This document shows, piece after piece, positions 28,806 to 38,123 of a stretch of 64,000 nucleotides of DNA. How positions within the stretch are numbered: the first letter of the stretch is position 1; every line of letters begins with the position of its first letter. Source of the stretch: Myxococcota bacterium (GTDB lineage Bacteria > Myxococcota > Kuafuiibacteriia > Kuafuiibacteriales > Kuafuiibacteriaceae); contig CBDCWQ010000023.1 of assembly GCA_965223435.1 (NCBI GenBank), positions 930,607 to 994,606 on the forward strand, written 5' to 3'. A program made the position numbers and the translations under genes. The notes beneath the pieces are model-generated. The model saw only the letters and a list, made by a program, of their open reading frames with translations. It was not told where the DNA came from and made no database searches.

Positions 28806-29679
28806 TCTTTGAAATGACGATTTCTACGCGGCGATTATTGGCCCGACCCTCTGGCGTGTCGTTTGAGGCGATTGGGTTGCTCTCACCTTTTCCTTCAAAG
28901 CGGAGCCGATTCGCATCCAGGCCCTGCCGGATAAGAAAATCGTAGACGGATTCCGCTCTTTCCCTGGAGAGTTTTTCATTCAAACTTGAAGAACCTCTTG
29001 AGTCTGTGTAGCCCTCGACAACAAAATGAGCGTTGTTGGCTTGGTCCTTTAGAGCGCGGGCAACCTGGGTCAACCTATTCTCAGCGATGGGAAGCAAGTC
29101 ACTTTTTCCCGTCCTAAAGAATACTCCGCCCGTCAACGAAATGACCGTTCGTTGGGTTTCCATTTTCACTTTTGCGACCTCCTTAAGACTTTTCAGGGCA
29201 TCTTGAGCTCGGAGCTCGGCATCGACTTGAGCTGATCGGGCCTCTTGAAGCTGTTCTTTTGTGTTCTGATGCGCAGCCTTGACTTGGCTGAGTTTTTCTT
29301 CGAGGTGCCTTTGGGTCTGAGCCTGTTCCTTGATGAATTGGCTTTCCAGCTTTTCCGTTTCGCGATCCAGTCCAATTTGAAAGGCCTCCGCTTGGGCCAG
29401 TTCAAATCTACGCTGCGCCATATACGCGAAATGCTTTTCATCTCGAGATTGGGGGGCTTCCGCATGGGCAGACTCGGCCTTCGACAGCGAACGCTGCGCT
29501 TCCAACACCTTGTCCGGTGCCAGTTCCTGCGCTCGACTTTGGTTGATGACTCGGTCACGAATCTGACGTGCTTCGGTCAGCTCCGACGAAGGGGGTGTCG
29601 TCGCGCACCCTAAGCCTAGATTCACCATGGTCATCGACAGTATCGATGGTAAGGTGAGATGCTTCAATCGGATATTCAT
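28783..29679 (-). CDS. OmpA-family lipoprotein with a coiled-coil linker.
   Basis: C-terminal 'FVVEGYTDSRGSSSLNEKLSRERAESV...NRRVEI'. Lipobox 'LGLGCAT'. Start at the internal Met. Confidence 0.8.
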   Translation of the reverse strand: MNIRLKHLTLPSILSMTMVNLGLGCATTPPSSELTEARQIRDRVINQSRAQELAPDKVLEAQRSLSKAESAHAEAPQSRDEKHFAYMAQRRFELAQAEAFQIGLDRETEKLESQFIKEQAQTQRHLEEKLSQVKAAHQNTKEQLQEARSAQVDAELRAQDALKSLKEVAKVKMETQRTVISLTGGVFFRTGKSDLLPIAENRLTQVARALKDQANNAHFVVEGYTDSRGSSSLNEKLSRERAESVYDFLIRQGLDANRLRFEGKGESNPIASNDTPEGRANNRRVEIVISKNEAGTHL

Positions 29680-29728
29680 GTGCATAGTTGACTCTCCTAA
29701 TATCTGCCGATCCGAAGGGGTCAGCAAT

Positions 29729-30088
29729 CTAGTTTGCGTTTTTTTCTATTCGGTCAAATCGCTCTTTCATGCGATCAGACGCCTCCTTGGATTTTTGGGT
29801 TCTGACGATCTGGAGCGCTAACTCTGCGTCCATTCGCGCCCGTTCCATGGCTTGAGAGGCTTCCTTGGTCTTCGCCGAATCCATTAAGGCCTGGGCATGA
29901 TCGAGCTGATCCCGGGCCAGTTTGACATGGAGCTTGGCATTGGGATACGCGTCCAGATCCGCCTGCTCTGCTGCTTGGATACTTGACTTGACTTCTACAA
30001 GTTCATCGGGGGCAATCGCCCTGGTTGAGGCGCAAGCTGTAAAGCCCGTTACACCCAAAATAACGAACATCGATTGTATTTTCACCAC
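29729..30088 (-). CDS. Small helical lipoprotein (DUF4398-like) preceding the OmpA gene.
   Basis: Lipobox 'FTACAS'. A 1-bp gap separates it from the ompA-like start. Confidence 0.5.
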   Translation of the reverse strand: MVKIQSMFVILGVTGFTACASTRAIAPDELVEVKSSIQAAEQADLDAYPNAKLHVKLARDQLDHAQALMDSAKTKEASQAMERARMDAELALQIVRTQKSKEASDRMKERFDRIEKNAN

Positions 30089-30139
30089 GAGGACCCTTTC
30101 TACCGCCGATGCGGTTGCTCAAACTACAACAAGGGAGGT

Positions 30140-30155
30140 CTGCACGCATCGTGCC
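30140..30155 (-). promoter_or_regulatory. Sigma-54 promoter candidate, minus strand: TGGCAC-gatgc-GTGCA. Drives the lipoprotein, OmpA and cardiolipin-synthase operon.
   Basis: One mismatch. ~40 nt upstream of the 30088 start. Confidence 0.5.
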
Positions 30156-30519
30156 AAGTCGTTGTGTTATGAGAAGAGTGGTCCCGTGGCCTTGGGTGAT
30201 ACCAATATCTTGTTGTACTGGGGCAATTGAGAATCGAGTGAGGCAATTTGTCCCGTTCTAAAACAAAAGTATGATGGAGAGGAAATAGACTGCAGACGCG
30301 CTTTTTGGGCCGACCTATTCGGTTTCGTACCGATTGGGTTTTGAGGCGCCGCGCGTCATCAGGAAGTTTGAATGGCTCCAAGTGCTTGTGATGGGGCAAA
30401 TTGCCTCGGAGACCGTTTTATCGCTCGGTATGTCCCAAAAAATGACTTGAACCACATCGTGGTTACCGCATATTGGCGGGCTTGCGGGTGCGTTGCTCAC
30501 CCAAGGAGTAGATTCCGAC

Positions 30520-31419
30520 ATGGAGATCAAAGCGATGCTCGACAAACTGACCGACAAGCTCACCTCGTGGGCCGAAACAGTGATGGTGATGCTGCCGAAC
30601 CTTGCGATCGCTATCTTGATCGTTGTTGTCTTCTGGCTGCTTTCCAAGCTTGCGCACAAGCTTACTCTAAAAGCCCTCACTCGATTGCACACCAATCGAG
30701 CGGCACGTGGACTGCTAGCCACATTTGTCAGGCTACTCATCCTGGCGGCCGGTCTTGTGATCGCGCTCGGAGTCATGAATCTGGACAAGGCTCTTGCCTC
30801 TATCTTGGCGGGTGCCGGCATCGTGGGTTTAGCACTTGGTTTTGCGTTTCAAGATATGGCAGCAAACCTCATCTCTGGCGTTGGCTTGGCCGTCAACCGG
30901 GAGTGGCCATTCAAGATTGGTGATGTGGTGGAAACCAACGGAGTCTTCGGCACCGTCAAGAATATTCAACTGCGGACGTCCGTCATTGAAACGCCGGGGG
31001 GGAAGACGGTTATCCTCCCCAACCGTCAGATCTACCAAGAGAAGGTCGTGAACTATTCGATGGGGAGAAAACACCGCGTGGAGGTTGAATGTGGCGTGTC
31101 CTATGGCGATGATCTCGAAAAAGTACGTAAGGTGGTTACCGACACTCTGTCCAAGATAACGGAGAGAGACTCTACCCGGGACATCGAGGTTTTCTTTAAG
31201 GCTTTCGGAGACAGCTCCATCAACTTTGTAGCGAGGTTCTGGATCGAGTTTTCAAGACCCGTCGACGAATTGGCTGCGATGAACCAAGCCATTTTGGGGA
31301 TCAAGAAGGCCTTCGATGAGGCTGACATCATGATTCCCTTCCCTATCCGTACGGTCGATTTTGGCATTCGGGGTGGCGAGAAACTTGAAGATGTTCTGAG
31401 AAAAACGAGCGGTGCGTAG
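30520..31419 (+). CDS. MscS-family mechanosensitive channel.
   Basis: 'GDVVETNGVFGTVKNIQLRTSVIETPGGKTVILPN'. AAGGAG Shine-Dalgarno 13 nt upstream of the ATG at 30520. Confidence 0.8.
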   Translation: MEIKAMLDKLTDKLTSWAETVMVMLPNLAIAILIVVVFWLLSKLAHKLTLKALTRLHTNRAARGLLATFVRLLILAAGLVIALGVMNLDKALASILAGAGIVGLALGFAFQDMAANLISGVGLAVNREWPFKIGDVVETNGVFGTVKNIQLRTSVIETPGGKTVILPNRQIYQEKVVNYSMGRKHRVEVECGVSYGDDLEKVRKVVTDTLSKITERDSTRDIEVFFKAFGDSSINFVARFWIEFSRPVDELAAMNQAILGIKKAFDEADIMIPFPIRTVDFGIRGGEKLEDVLRKTSGA

Positions 31420-31543
31420 GATGTCTTTTGACTTGATCGTCACACTTTAGTTGTGGTGCTCAGCGTTCGCGCTGGACTGACAAGGACGCGTATTTACGCA
31501 AAACCCTTGTCGGCTGGTCAATTGCAGGGGTATAGGGAAACAG

Positions 31544-32905
31544 ATGGACAGGCCGAAGGGAAAGGTTCTTGTCATCGACGATGACATCGATCTCGCGGAC
31601 ACGCTAAAAATGGGCCTCAAGGGTCGAGGCTATCAAGTTCATACGTTGAACTCCGGCAATGAAGTGGTCACCAAACTTGAATCCGACGATTTTGATGTGG
31701 TCCTCACCGACCTCCAGATGGAAGGTCTCGATGGACTGGGTGTGGCCCGCTATGTGGTGGAGAACCGGGATATCCCGGTGATGATCATGACCGGCCAAGG
31801 AGACATGGACAAGGCCATCGAAGCGATCCGAGCCGGGGTTTACGACTTTCTCCCCAAGCCCGTTGCCCTCGATGTTGTAACCATCGCGCTCGATCGAGCG
31901 ATTCAGCACAAGCGGCTCGGAACTGAGCTTCGACGTTTGAGTGAACAACTCTCGAGTACCCAGACGGCGCTCGACATGATCGGTGAGAGTGGTCCCATCG
32001 AGCAGCTTCGAGATTTGGTGAAGAGAGTTGCTGGTGCTGAGGTTTCCGTGCTGGTGACGGGGGAGAGCGGAACGGGTAAGGAATTGGTCGCACGGGCCCT
32101 CCACAAGGAATCAGGAAAAAAAGGACGCTTCGTCGCTGTGAATTGTGCGGCGCTTCCCGAGACACTTCTAGAAAGTGAACTCTTTGGACACAAGAAGGGG
32201 GCCTTCACGGATGCCCGTACCGAGAAGAAGGGGCTTTTTCTTGAAGCCAATGACGGGACCCTGTTCTTGGATGAGATCGGCGACATGCCCATCGGCATGC
32301 AGGTCAAGCTGCTCCGAGCCCTTCAAGAATCCAAGATACGTCCGGTGGGAGGCACCGAGGAAGTCCACTTCTCGAGCCAGGTCATAGCGGCCACGCATCG
32401 TGATCTAGAGGAAGCGATCGAGGTCGGGGATTTTCGCGAGGACCTCTACTACAGGATCAATGTGGTTCGAATCCCCGTGCCTCCTCTTCGAACGAGGGGC
32501 AACGATATACTCATTTTAGCTCAGCATTTTATCGAAAGAGCCAGGGAAAAGTCCAATCGCCTCGTCAAGGAAATCTCAGAGCCAGCGGCCCACCGGCTTC
32601 TCGCATACGATTGGCCCGGTAATGTGCGCGAGCTGGAAAACTGTATGGAGCGTGCGGTGGCGTTGGCTCGCTTTGACAGGATCACAGCGGAAGATCTTCC
32701 TGAAAAGATCCAGAACTATGATGTGAGTCGGGCGCCGAATGCGATTCTCGCGCCAGAGCTCCTCTCTATGGAGGCACTCGAACGGCGCCACATCCAGAGC
32801 GTTCTCAAAGCTACAGATGGAAACAAGACCCGGGCCGCAGAAATACTGGGCTTCGACCGACGGACCCTCTACCGAAAGATGGAGCGCTTTGGCATGGAGC
32901 TCTAA
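31544..32905 (+). CDS. Sigma-54-dependent response regulator (NtrC family): REC, AAA+ sigma-54 activator and Fis-type HTH domains.
   Basis: 'GESGTGKE' Walker A. The GAFTGA-region motif. C-terminal 'RTLYRKMERFG'. Confidence 0.9.
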   Translation: MDRPKGKVLVIDDDIDLADTLKMGLKGRGYQVHTLNSGNEVVTKLESDDFDVVLTDLQMEGLDGLGVARYVVENRDIPVMIMTGQGDMDKAIEAIRAGVYDFLPKPVALDVVTIALDRAIQHKRLGTELRRLSEQLSSTQTALDMIGESGPIEQLRDLVKRVAGAEVSVLVTGESGTGKELVARALHKESGKKGRFVAVNCAALPETLLESELFGHKKGAFTDARTEKKGLFLEANDGTLFLDEIGDMPIGMQVKLLRALQESKIRPVGGTEEVHFSSQVIAATHRDLEEAIEVGDFREDLYYRINVVRIPVPPLRTRGNDILILAQHFIERAREKSNRLVKEISEPAAHRLLAYDWPGNVRELENCMERAVALARFDRITAEDLPEKIQNYDVSRAPNAILAPELLSMEALERRHIQSVLKATDGNKTRAAEILGFDRRTLYRKMERFGMEL

Positions 32906-33019
32906 ATTGCTTCATCCAGCCTGCCGTACCCATGTCGGTGGCCTTTGGCCGCCATGAGAAGTTGGCGTTTGTGTTTCTCAACCCACAAGACCTGTTCTAG
33001 TATTTCTTAATCCGTGTCA

Positions 33020-34222
33020 TCAGTTCGTCCTGGAGTTCGTAGATTGAGCGGCCGACTGAGGCAAGCGCACGGTGAATGTTGAACCCTTTCCAACCTCGCT
33101 CTTGACGCTTAGGGCGCCGCCCATTCGTGCCACGAGCTCTCGAGAAATTGAAAGTCCCAGGCCAGCGCCCCGCTTGGTACGTCGGGGTTCCCGAAAGTAG
33201 GCGTCAAAAATATGCGTGAGATTTTCTTTGGAAATACCCGGTCCATTGTCCGCCACCGAGATATGAACCCACTTTCCCTCCTCATCGGTCGCACAGATTG
33301 TGACTGTCCCTGAGGCGGGTGTGTATTTCGCGGCGTTTCCGACGAGATTGACCAAAACTTGCCTCATGCGCGCCGCGTCTGCGAACACCTCCAACGAATC
33401 CGGGATTTCAGCGAGAATGGTGTGGCCTTTGGCCATGACTTCTCCCTTCACCAAAGTGAGCGAATCGTCGACCAATTTTCCGACTGATATGACTTGCAGG
33501 GACAGCTGCGTCCGGCCCGATGAAAGCGCTGCCATATCAAGGACATTGTTCATAAGCGTGCCGAGATGACGGGCGCTCAGTCTAATTTTTCTAAGCGCTG
33601 AACGCTGTCCTTCGGATAGAGAGCCAAACTCGCCGCCCTCGAGCATATCAAGGCACCACTGAATGGTTTGAAGTGGGGTCCTTGCGTCGTGCGAAACCGT
33701 GGCAAGCGCCTTCTCTTTGCGCTTGGCGAGCAAGTCCTTCGTCTCGGCCAGTTCTTCGGCTTCCTCCCACGCTTCTTCAAGCTGGACGCTGTCCAAAGCG
33801 AGCGCCACTTGATCTGAGAGCGCCGATAGCAGCCACTCCTCAGCCGAGGTGATATCTTCCTTCAGCTCGACCAGCAAAAGGATCCCGAGCTCCTCCCCTC
33901 GCGCGACGAGCGGGACTGCAAAACGATCTTGCCCCTTGTTGACCTGCACCAAGAGATCGGTGGTTGTCGCGCAGGAGTGTCTTTCGGCTTCTTTGAGAAA
34001 CCTGTCTGCATTGCCTGAGTGATCCGCTAGACCGAGCTCGCCTTCTTCACTGACGAGAACGACGGCCACGTCCACGCCGGGAAAAATCCCACGGGCGGCC
34101 TGGATGGCGACACGAAAAACGTCCGATCGTTTTGTTGCGTAGCTCAACGCCCGACCGGCTTCGGTCATGGCTCGAAGCACGCCCGGACGCAGCTCAATCT
34201 TCGGGCGGCTGCGATCATTCAT
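33020..34222 (-). CDS. Cytoplasmic GAF-domain sensor histidine kinase. Convergent partner of the NtrC-family regulator.
   Basis: GAF region, then H-box 'VSHDARTPL', then HATPase_c 'GAGLGLSISREL'. Confidence 0.85.
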   Translation of the reverse strand: MNDRSRPKIELRPGVLRAMTEAGRALSYATKRSDVFRVAIQAARGIFPGVDVAVVLVSEEGELGLADHSGNADRFLKEAERHSCATTTDLLVQVNKGQDRFAVPLVARGEELGILLLVELKEDITSAEEWLLSALSDQVALALDSVQLEEAWEEAEELAETKDLLAKRKEKALATVSHDARTPLQTIQWCLDMLEGGEFGSLSEGQRSALRKIRLSARHLGTLMNNVLDMAALSSGRTQLSLQVISVGKLVDDSLTLVKGEVMAKGHTILAEIPDSLEVFADAARMRQVLVNLVGNAAKYTPASGTVTICATDEEGKWVHISVADNGPGISKENLTHIFDAYFREPRRTKRGAGLGLSISRELVARMGGALSVKSEVGKGSTFTVRLPQSAAQSTNSRTN

Positions 34223-34345
34223 CTGGGGCCCCCGTCGAGGCGATGTGCCCCAGTACGCAAGATGGCCCCAGGGTTAACACGTATTTGTTTGTACCTGGTC
34301 GAGCCCATCTCCGTTCCTGGCCTTGATTCATCGAGCGAAGCTCCT

Positions 34346-34361
34346 TGGCACGGTTGCTGCA
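34346..34361 (+). promoter_or_regulatory. Sigma-54 promoter candidate TGGCAC-ggttg-CTGCA.
   Basis: One mismatch. The predicted TSS (~34372) coincides with the ATG at 34374 of the first gene of the downstream operon. Confidence 0.55.
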
Positions 34362-34373
34362 ATAACTCAATGC

Positions 34374-34706
34374 ATGATGATGAACCAAGCACGGAAAAAG
34401 AAACGGAAAAGCGATCGGGCCCGATCCGCCACACCACCACGCGTGGACTTGGCGCTTGTCACCGAACAGCTTCGCGAGTCCACCCAAGAACCCCCGCACG
34501 GTTACCTCAACGGCAAGACGCAGTTTCGGGAAGAAGTCGTGAAGTGCCTCGGGTGTTCGGAGATGTCCGCAGAGGCTCTGGTGGACACGCTAGAGTCAAG
34601 AGGCTTCTTAAAGTTCAACGCTTCTCCCAACCAAGTCCCCATGGGGGTTGGATCATGGAGCATCGCTCCGCCATCCCTCGGCGCGTCACCGCGAGGTATC
34701 CTATGA
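34374..34706 (+). CDS. Hypothetical small protein (~110 aa) with a basic N-terminus (KKKRK). Stop overlaps the next gene's start (ATGA).
   Basis: Coding-like middle 'LNGKTQFREEVVKCLGCSEMSAEALVDTLESRGFLKF'. ATGA coupling to the BON gene. Would be leaderless relative to the predicted TSS. Confidence 0.35.
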   Translation: MMMNQARKKKRKSDRARSATPPRVDLALVTEQLRESTQEPPHGYLNGKTQFREEVVKCLGCSEMSAEALVDTLESRGFLKFNASPNQVPMGVGSWSIAPPSLGASPRGIL

Positions 34707-35827
34707 GAACGATGGCCAGACGAGCAAGACGGATGATATTTCCCAAGTTTAGGGGGGCGCGGAAGGCTTTAGAAGCTTCGCGTCGCCCGAAAATGCTTCG
34801 CGCTTCGCACAATCTTGTTGAGTTCGCCACCGGGGGACCGAGCAAGGCGGTTGACTCGCTCCTCTCGAATCTTCCGATCGAGCGAAGACGCGCGGAGAGT
34901 GAGCGTACCGTCGCCGAGTGCGTGGATGACGGCACAATTGGCATTGTTCTGATCTGTGGACAACCCAATATGCATATCGAGTCTGCGCTTCGGAGGCTGA
35001 CGTATCGTTACATACCCCGGTGGGTGGTTGTCTCCGGCATTGTGGACAGGGATACCGCCCTTCGTCTGTACCGCGCCGGGGCGACCACGGTATTTTCTTG
35101 GCCCCGTGACGGTTTGGTATTCCAAAAGGTCATGGGCGAACACCTATGGCCCTCGGGCACGCCAGTCCCCGAGAATAGCAACCAGGCCATTGGTGACGCA
35201 GTGCGGGCACGGATTCAACTGTTGTCGTTCGATACTTCCTCTATCCAGATCGACTGTAGGGACGGAAACGTTTTCCTTTCAGGCACAATCGCGAAAAAGC
35301 AGTACTCCGACAGCGTAGCCTCTCAGGCATGTCAAGTCTCGGGCGTTCGCCGCGTACATACGTCAGCGCTCCTCGTGACAGAGAAAGTGCGCACAGATGA
35401 GTGCGTTCACAGAGACGTCCAGCACCATCTGGAACAATCCGCCTCGGTTGATGCAGCTACGCTGTCCATGTCGGTTAGGCGTGGATGTGTCACCCTCGCG
35501 GGCACGTTGCGCGGCGCGGATGAGCTGAAGCGTGTCCTTTCGCTCGTCAGTAAAATAGAGGGTGTTCGGTCCATCGCCAACATGACCACAGTGTCTCCAA
35601 GACAGAAAGTTGTGGATAAGAGAATTGCCACTCGGCTTCAAAAAGCGTTGTCGGACCGTTTCCCTCGTTCGGAACTGAATATCTCGGTGTTCGGAGGCTG
35701 TGCGGTCGTGGACGGCCTCGCTCCAAAGTCGAACATCAAGCGAAGAATCGAACGTTTCGTCGGTTCGATCGGATCGTTTCAGCATGTTGTGAACCGAGTC
35801 GAGGTCGCCAGCGGCGTAAGTGCGTAG
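34703..35827 (+). CDS. Protein with an N-terminal uncharacterised (REC-like?) domain and three BON domains (OsmY-like). The ORF tool's 147-aa N-terminal extension (from 34262) was rejected.
   Basis: Three repeats of the type 'VFLSGTIAKKQYSDSVASQACQVSGVRRV'. The upstream extension is Arg-rich and low complexity. Confidence 0.7.
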   Translation: MRTMARRARRMIFPKFRGARKALEASRRPKMLRASHNLVEFATGGPSKAVDSLLSNLPIERRRAESERTVAECVDDGTIGIVLICGQPNMHIESALRRLTYRYIPRWVVVSGIVDRDTALRLYRAGATTVFSWPRDGLVFQKVMGEHLWPSGTPVPENSNQAIGDAVRARIQLLSFDTSSIQIDCRDGNVFLSGTIAKKQYSDSVASQACQVSGVRRVHTSALLVTEKVRTDECVHRDVQHHLEQSASVDAATLSMSVRRGCVTLAGTLRGADELKRVLSLVSKIEGVRSIANMTTVSPRQKVVDKRIATRLQKALSDRFPRSELNISVFGGCAVVDGLAPKSNIKRRIERFVGSIGSFQHVVNRVEVASGVSA

Positions 35828-35836
35828 AAAACCTAT

Positions 35837-36961
35837 ATGGAAAAGACAAACTTCAAACTTATTAAGGCGCTAACCGAGCATTGTGCATTTCCTGCGGTGT
35901 CGGTGTACATGACCCCTGCTCCGCCCGGAGAAGACTCGAAGAGCAGCCAGATCGTGCTAAAGAATCTGCTTCGAGACGTCGACCAGGGATTGGGCGCATT
36001 GGATGCAAGGCGCAAGCAAGAAATACTTCGCCCTCTCACAGCGGTTGCTGAAGGAACAACGACTTTTCCTAGAGACAAACGCGGTCGGGCCTGGTTTTGT
36101 GGACCGGGTATATTCAAGTACTTCACTGGCCCGGCTCCTTTTGAATCCCTGGCTGTCGTGGGACATCGGTTTCACTTGAAACCGCTCGTGCCTTTCTTCG
36201 CCGAAGAGCCAACATTCTATCTGTTGGCGCTTAGTCAGGCTGACGTGCAGCTTTTCGAAGGAACACGTTTTTCGCTTACCCCTGTTCCCCTGGACGCAGA
36301 CGTTCCCACCACGATGGAGAGCCCCTACGATCCTGAACAAAGTCTGCAATACCACTCCAGTAAAGCAAGTGGGGCTCAACCAATTTATCATGGGCACGGC
36401 GGTGGAAAGGACGATACGAAACCGAAAATCTTACAGTTCTTTTCCCAGGTGTCCAAGGGAGTAAGAAAACAGATCTCATCTCGCGCTCCGCTGGTGCTCG
36501 CGGGGGTGGAGTTTTTGCTCCCCCTGTATCGCCAAGCCGCCCAAGATGTGTGCATCGTCGATCGCGAGATTGTCGGGCACCCAAGCTCCCGGAACCTGGA
36601 TGCACTTCACAAAGAGGCACTGAGGTGTGCAAAGCCCGTGCTTTTTGCTGAAAGAGAGTTGGCGCTCGGCCGATTCAAGGAACAACAATCTCAGAACCTA
36701 GGGACGACACGGATCGACGAAATCGTACCCGCCGCGGTGGAGGGGCGCGTGGATACGCTCTTCGTTTCACCAGGTGCGCGTTGTTGGGGGCGCTATGATC
36801 CGACACGCCGTAGTATTCGATTGGATAAGGCGCATACGGCCGAAAATGAAGACCTATACGATCTTGCGGCCGTTCAGACTCATTTGAATGGCGGCAAAGT
36901 TTGGGTCGTGCCCCAAGAGGAGTTGGGTGCGGATGTTGCCGCGCTTTATCGCTACGCATGA
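35837..36961 (+). CDS. eRF1/Pelota-like (baeRF-type) protein.
   Basis: C-terminal 'GGKVWVVPQEELGADVAALYRYA' resembles the eRF1 domain 3 / Dom34 ending (...GGIAAILRY). A Gly-rich 'YHGHGGGKDD' loop is present. The family call is from memory. Confidence 0.5.
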   Translation: MEKTNFKLIKALTEHCAFPAVSVYMTPAPPGEDSKSSQIVLKNLLRDVDQGLGALDARRKQEILRPLTAVAEGTTTFPRDKRGRAWFCGPGIFKYFTGPAPFESLAVVGHRFHLKPLVPFFAEEPTFYLLALSQADVQLFEGTRFSLTPVPLDADVPTTMESPYDPEQSLQYHSSKASGAQPIYHGHGGGKDDTKPKILQFFSQVSKGVRKQISSRAPLVLAGVEFLLPLYRQAAQDVCIVDREIVGHPSSRNLDALHKEALRCAKPVLFAERELALGRFKEQQSQNLGTTRIDEIVPAAVEGRVDTLFVSPGARCWGRYDPTRRSIRLDKAHTAENEDLYDLAAVQTHLNGGKVWVVPQEELGADVAALYRYA

Positions 36962-37359
36962 GTATCCTACCGCCAATACAGACACCCTACGAAACACCCG
37001 GCGACGGCGGTCCGGAGGTGGAACCTCCGCCGGATCGACCGATACAGCCTCCTCAGGATCCGCCGCTTCAGCCTCCTCAAGAGCCGCCCATTGAACCCCC
37101 AGGGAAATTGCCCGAACCCGCGCGCCCTCCGCAAGATCCTCCGGCACCGATCAAGCCGCCCACCGAGCCCCCAGAGCCGCTTGAGCCGCCGGGCGAAAGG
37201 CCGCCCATCGAAAGCGTGACTCCGTCTTCTAGAGACTCTGCCCACCGGCCTGGCCTCACCAGAGAATCGACGAGAGACCGGAGGGACTGTGCGGTGCGCC
37301 CGATTTCGACGCCAGGGTGGGCTTTTCTCCCCAGCATTCGGGTGCCGGACCCGAGCTGA
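36958..37359 (+). CDS. Proline-rich repeat protein (PPQDPP/PPQEPP/PPEPLEPP), ATGA-coupled to the baeRF-like gene.
   Basis: The start ATG at 36958 overlaps the TGA at 36959-36961. No signal peptide. Confidence 0.4.
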   Translation: MSILPPIQTPYETPGDGGPEVEPPPDRPIQPPQDPPLQPPQEPPIEPPGKLPEPARPPQDPPAPIKPPTEPPEPLEPPGERPPIESVTPSSRDSAHRPGLTRESTRDRRDCAVRPISTPGWAFLPSIRVPDPS

Positions 37360-37459
37360 CCCAGCGCCCGCCATGGATCACCCGATAGAGATTCCTTTCC
37401 CCGACGGGGCCTATCTATTTCTCGCCGGGTTTCCATGAAGCGAGGCAGGCTGGCGGAGT

Positions 37460-37815
37460 GTGCGGAAGATTCTAGTCCCCGTCGATATCTCGGGGGGCGC
37501 AAGGGCAGTCATTCGAACCTCTCTCTTTTCGATATCGCGAAGCAAAAGGCGAGTCGCGGCCTGTCGGAATACCTTGAAACCGAGACCTCTGATTGGGGCA
37601 GCACTCGTTCTGTATTCAGGGTCGAGTTTGGCTTTCCGTCCGGGGTGATTGCCATGACCGCGGCTGAGGGCAAATTCGATCTTGTCGTGATGGGCGCCCG
37701 CGGTTCCGGAGAATTTGATGCGCTTCGGCTGGGCCGTACCGCCGAGACGGTGTCCTGTCTTGACGGCCCGAGACCCCACCCACCGTTCGCGCGTTCGATT
37801 GAAGGGGCGCGATGA
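37460..37815 (+). pseudogene. Universal stress protein gene remnant, frameshifted.
   Basis: 'MRKILVPVDISGGARAV' in one frame and 'FDLVVMGARGSGEFDALRLGRTAETV' in another. Confidence 0.5.
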
Positions 37816-37849
37816 AACTGGTGGGAGTCGTTTGGTTTTGCTCCTGGGA

Positions 37850-38110
37850 TTGGCGCGTAGTGCCTGCTTACGTTCGATTTCGTGGTTATTGAACAAGATG
37901 TGCAGGCTGTATTCGCCGGATGGAACCGGTATCATATGGTCACCGCCGGGCAAGGGGCATCCTTTTGAGCTATCTACTACAAAAGGCTCCGCGAGCGCGT
38001 CACATTCCGGCGCGTCTTTTCCCTGTGAGGGCAGACGATCTAAATTGCGTACGCACCATGGCGTTGGTCATCCAATCGGGCGGCTGGCATCTTGTAATGC
38101 CAGCCGCCCG
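37850..38110 (-). pseudogene. Decayed tandem duplicate of the adjacent CarbopepD_reg-like gene.
   Basis: 'VVDSSKGCPLPGGDHMIPVPSGEYSLHILFNNHEIERKQ' parallels 'VLAYTDQQCVAAADTFPGGEYMIPVPPGVYNLRVLLDNHEIGNKR' of ORF 38124-38498. The remainder of the ORF is an Arg-rich antisense artefact. Confidence 0.4.
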
Positions 38111-38123
38111 ATGGATCCCATGG

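Noticed and set aside
34262-34702. 147-aa N-terminal extension of the BON-domain ORF given by the ORF track
   Set aside because: Arg-rich low complexity. A better-supported ATGA-coupled start at 34703 and a separate small ORF in another frame explain the region.
37411-37953. 180-aa minus ORF
   Set aside because: Only its first ~35 residues are homologous to the neighbouring CarbopepD_reg gene (a decayed duplicate). The rest is an Arg-rich reading of the antisense strand of a USP pseudogene.
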